From positions 1 through 6,970 of IMG/VR virus record IMGVR_UViG_3300022745_000015: a DNA stretch of 6,970 nt, one strand, 5' to 3'. Position numbers and translations under genes: made by a program. This stretch comes from a virus. This document shows positions 5,251 through 6,970 of the stretch, in pieces; the first letter of the stretch is position 1; each line of letters begins with the position of its first letter. A model generated the notes under the pieces. That model saw only the letters and a program-made list of their open reading frames with translations. It was not told where the DNA came from and did not search any database.

Positions 5251-6359
5251 TCTACTTAATTACGGGCGTTCCTGGCTCGGGCAAAACCCTCTACGCGGTT
5301 TCCACGCTTATCCAAAAATTAGCGTCTGAAAAAATCAAGGGCGATGATGGCCAGGACATTGAACGGCGGGTCGTTATTGACGGCATCCCGGATCTGGTTA
5401 TCCCCCATGAAATGATGGCGCCACCGCTCAAAAGCCATGAGGGCAAAACGGACCGGGGTGAGGGTGACGGGTTGTGGAACTGGCACAAGTGGTGCAAACC
5501 CGGTGACGTCCTGGTCGTCGATGAGGTCCAGCGCCATTGGCGTCCGCGTGGTATGTCCACAAAGCCACCCGAAGAAATCACGATGCTGGAAACACACCGA
5601 CACCTCGGGGTTGATTTCATCATCATTACGCAAAATCCAATGCTCATCGATCAGAACGTAAGGCGTCTGGTCGGTCGGCATCAGCATGTGCGGCGCTTGT
5701 TCGGCGGTGCGCGTGCGGCCATCTACGATTGGGACGGCTGCTCTGTCGATGTACATCGGACCGGCACAGCCACCACGACATATTGGGGCTACCCGAAGGA
5801 CGCCTACAAGCTCTACAAGTCCTCGGAGTTGCACACAAAGCAAAAACAAAAAATCCCTATCTGGCTGGTCGTCCCTGTCCTGGGCATCATCGGCGGCATC
5901 TTCCTTGCACCTCAGGCCATGGCGGTCATGACGGGCGCGGCTACTGGCAAAGGTATTTCTAGCAAAAAAGTAGAAGTGCCTCCTCCGGTGCTGCCTGCGC
6001 CAGTGTCGCTACCTCCTGCACCTGCTACACCCGGTCAACAAACTACGCCACCCGTCGCGGGGACCCTGCCACCTGCGCCACTCCCTGGTACTGCATCAGA
6101 TAAGCCAGTAATTGCAGGCTGTATCCGTACGGCCACCCGCTGCGGCTGCGTCGATGAAAAAGGCGTTGCCGTGGACGTCGAGGAAAAAATTTGTCACTCC
6201 CTGGCCCCATCAGGCACAAAGGTGGTTGATCTGGGACCAGATACGCCCATTAGCCCTGAATCTCGATTTGCGTTTGAAATGGGCCAAATGGCCAGAACTG
6301 CCGGACCCTCTGCGCCTCCCGCCACTGAAAAACCACGGGGACCCGCTCGGAGCGATTAG
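5247..6359 (+). CDS. Assembly ATPase, Zot / g1p family, 370 aa
   Basis: ATG at 5247 lies in an ATGA overlap with the upstream stop; the GTG at 5163 in the track is rejected. Walker A GVPGSGKT is at 5265-5288 and Walker B-like is VLVVDEVQ. A single TM helix IPIWLVVPVLGIIGGIFLA is followed by a Pro-rich, Cys-containing periplasmic tail. Confidence 0.92.
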   Translation: MIYLITGVPGSGKTLYAVSTLIQKLASEKIKGDDGQDIERRVVIDGIPDLVIPHEMMAPPLKSHEGKTDRGEGDGLWNWHKWCKPGDVLVVDEVQRHWRPRGMSTKPPEEITMLETHRHLGVDFIIITQNPMLIDQNVRRLVGRHQHVRRLFGGARAAIYDWDGCSVDVHRTGTATTTYWGYPKDAYKLYKSSELHTKQKQKIPIWLVVPVLGIIGGIFLAPQAMAVMTGAATGKGISSKKVEVPPPVLPAPVSLPPAPATPGQQTTPPVAGTLPPAPLPGTASDKPVIAGCIRTATRCGCVDEKGVAVDVEEKICHSLAPSGTKVVDLGPDTPISPESRFAFEMGQMARTAGPSAPPATEKPRGPARSD

Positions 6360-6381
6360 CGACGGATAAGCGGGGCGGGGT

Positions 6382-6400
6382 ATGGGGCGGCGTGCCCCAT
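6382..6400. terminator. GC-rich hairpin between the convergent Zot-like and repressor genes
   Basis: ATGGGGC-GGCGT-GCCCCAT forms a perfect 7-bp stem with a 5-nt loop. It lies between the stops at 6357-6359 (+) and 6409-6411 (-). There is no U-tract on either strand, so it may instead be a ssDNA structural signal. Confidence 0.35.
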
Positions 6401-6408
6401 GTAAGGCG

Positions 6409-6807
6409 TCAGCATAGGCATTGCCTATCGAAACGGGCAGGGCTATATATACCATCTATACATCGTATAAAGTAGGAAACCGCCTCACTAGCGGTAGCCG
6501 AACACGAAACGGCGGCCGCGCCAGTCGCTACCAAGGCTTTTTTTAGTGCTTCGCGCAGGCGCTTTCCTTTCTCGGTCCCTTCGTACTGCGCGGCCACGGC
6601 TCGGCACGTCCACACGGTCGGCTCCATCCCGGCAATCTCGGCCATTAGTGCTACGTCACCCGCTGGACATGGCTTTCGTCCGTGTCTCCAGTCGCTAACG
6701 GCTGATCTTCCGACCTCTAGGCGCTTTGCCAATTTGTTGTCGTTTCCTGCCTCTTTACTGGCCAGGTCGATCAATTCAATTAAAAAATTATTTTCGGGCT
6801 TGTGCAT
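6409..6807 (-). CDS. HTH DNA-binding protein, putative phage repressor / immunity regulator, 132 aa
   Basis: ATG at 6807 is preceded by a strong AAGGAG (complement of 6814-6819). The Cro/XRE-like helix-turn-helix reads NKLAKRLEVGRSAVSDWRHGRKP. It is the only gene on the - strand and is divergent from the structural and replication operon. Confidence 0.85.
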   Translation of the reverse strand: MHKPENNFLIELIDLASKEAGNDNKLAKRLEVGRSAVSDWRHGRKPCPAGDVALMAEIAGMEPTVWTCRAVAAQYEGTEKGKRLREALKKALVATGAAAVSCSATASEAVSYFIRCIDGIYSPARFDRQCLC

Positions 6808-6836
6808 TTGTGCTCCTTTCGAGTACATTACGCGCC

Positions 6837-6856
6837 ATGTTCTAAAATTAGAACAT
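6837..6856. promoter_or_regulatory. Candidate operator: 20-bp palindrome in the divergent intergenic region
   Basis: ATGTTCTAA-AA-TTAGAACAT has perfect 9-bp inverted arms and lies between the repressor start (6807) and the gene V start (6910 = 67). A weak sigma70-like pair, TAGAAC (6849-6854) N17 TATCAA (6872-6877), would make the operator overlap the -35 of the rightward promoter. The promoter assignment is tentative. Confidence 0.55.
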
Positions 6857-6970
6857 CCTCTAAACGAGGTTTATCAATCCCTGACGGGAAATTTTAAGGC
6901 GACCAAGCAATGACCAAAATAGTAGTTCCCTCTCCCGAAGTCCGCGAAATGAAGGGCATCGGCAAAACGT
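6844..6970. repeat. Terminal redundancy, right copy (identical to 1-127)
   Basis: It matches 1-127 exactly by direct reading. Confidence 0.97.
6910..6970 (+). CDS. gV: Partial second copy of the gene V 5' end (redundant with 67-127, truncated by the window end)
   Basis: This is the same ATG and codons as 67-127. It is a consequence of the circular overlap, not an independent gene. Confidence 0.6.
   Translation, partial: MTKIVVPSPEVREMKGIGKT

Larger units (their letters stand above)
1..6843 (+). mobile_element. Complete genome unit of a filamentous ssDNA phage (Inoviridae-like), circularly permuted in this window
   Basis: It carries the full inovirus module set: g5p-like SSB, rolling-circle Rep, small hydrophobic coat proteins, a g8p-like major coat, g3p-like, g6p-like and Zot/g1p-like genes, and a divergent repressor. 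All structural and replication genes are on one strand with minimal spacers. Position 6844 onward repeats position 1 onward exactly. Confidence 0.9.

Noticed and set aside
5319-5849. 176-aa and 118-aa - strand ORFs antisense to the Zot-like gene
   Set aside because: These are shadow ORFs inside a gene with clear Walker motifs. I recognise no motifs in them, and inovirus structural regions are transcribed from one strand.
6372-6390. G-rich run (GGGG CGGGG TAT GGGG CGG) as a G-quadruplex
   Set aside because: There are only three runs of three or more G before a GG, so the canonical four-tract requirement is not met. Part of the run is already used in the 6382-6400 hairpin.
6445-6475. Possible XerCD dif-like attP in the AT-rich island (TATACATCGTATA)
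   Set aside because: Only the central TATACA-like core resembles remembered dif sites. The flanking 11-bp arms do not match (about 9 of 15 positions by hand). I kept it only as part of the structured-region finding, not as a called att site.
6512-6519. GCGGCCGC palindrome inside the repressor gene
   Set aside because: It is a single 8-bp GC palindrome within coding sequence and gives no evidence of function.
1-6970. tRNA, rRNA, CRISPR arrays, IS elements
   Set aside because: I saw no cloverleaf-like segments, no spaced direct-repeat arrays and no transposase-like ORFs. The genome is almost fully occupied by the phage genes listed.

Overview
The window is one complete, circularly redundant genome of a filamentous ssDNA phage (Inoviridae-like). 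The first 127 nt (1-127) are identical to the last 127 nt (6844-6970), so the unique unit is 6843 bp. The window wraps back into the 5' end of the same gene V-like ORF. Thirteen tightly packed + strand genes are supported, plus one divergent - strand gene. In order on the + strand: a g5p-like ssDNA-binding protein; three tiny unknown ORFs (one missing from the ORF track); a 173-aa protein with cytosine-5-methyltransferase-like motifs but no SAM-binding motif or target-recognition domain; and an HUH/two-tyrosine rolling-circle Rep. These are followed by a 37-aa hydrophobic peptide (also missing from the track), a 101-aa coat-protein paralogue, the 66-aa major coat precursor, a 193-aa secreted protein ending in a coat-like anchor, a 461-aa g3p-like adsorption protein, a g6p-like membrane protein and a Zot/g1p-like assembly ATPase. 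On the - strand there is an HTH repressor-like gene. It is separated from gene V by about 100 bp that contain a 20-bp near-perfect palindrome, a candidate operator. I see no secretin, integrase, tRNA, rRNA or CRISPR. The points most worth follow-up are the stripped-down methyltransferase-like ORF, the expansion of g8p-like anchor modules (including a natural display-like fusion), the unknown small-ORF cassette between gene V and rep, and the structured region at 6360-6480. All homology statements come from hand alignment to remembered sequences and motifs and need database or structure confirmation.
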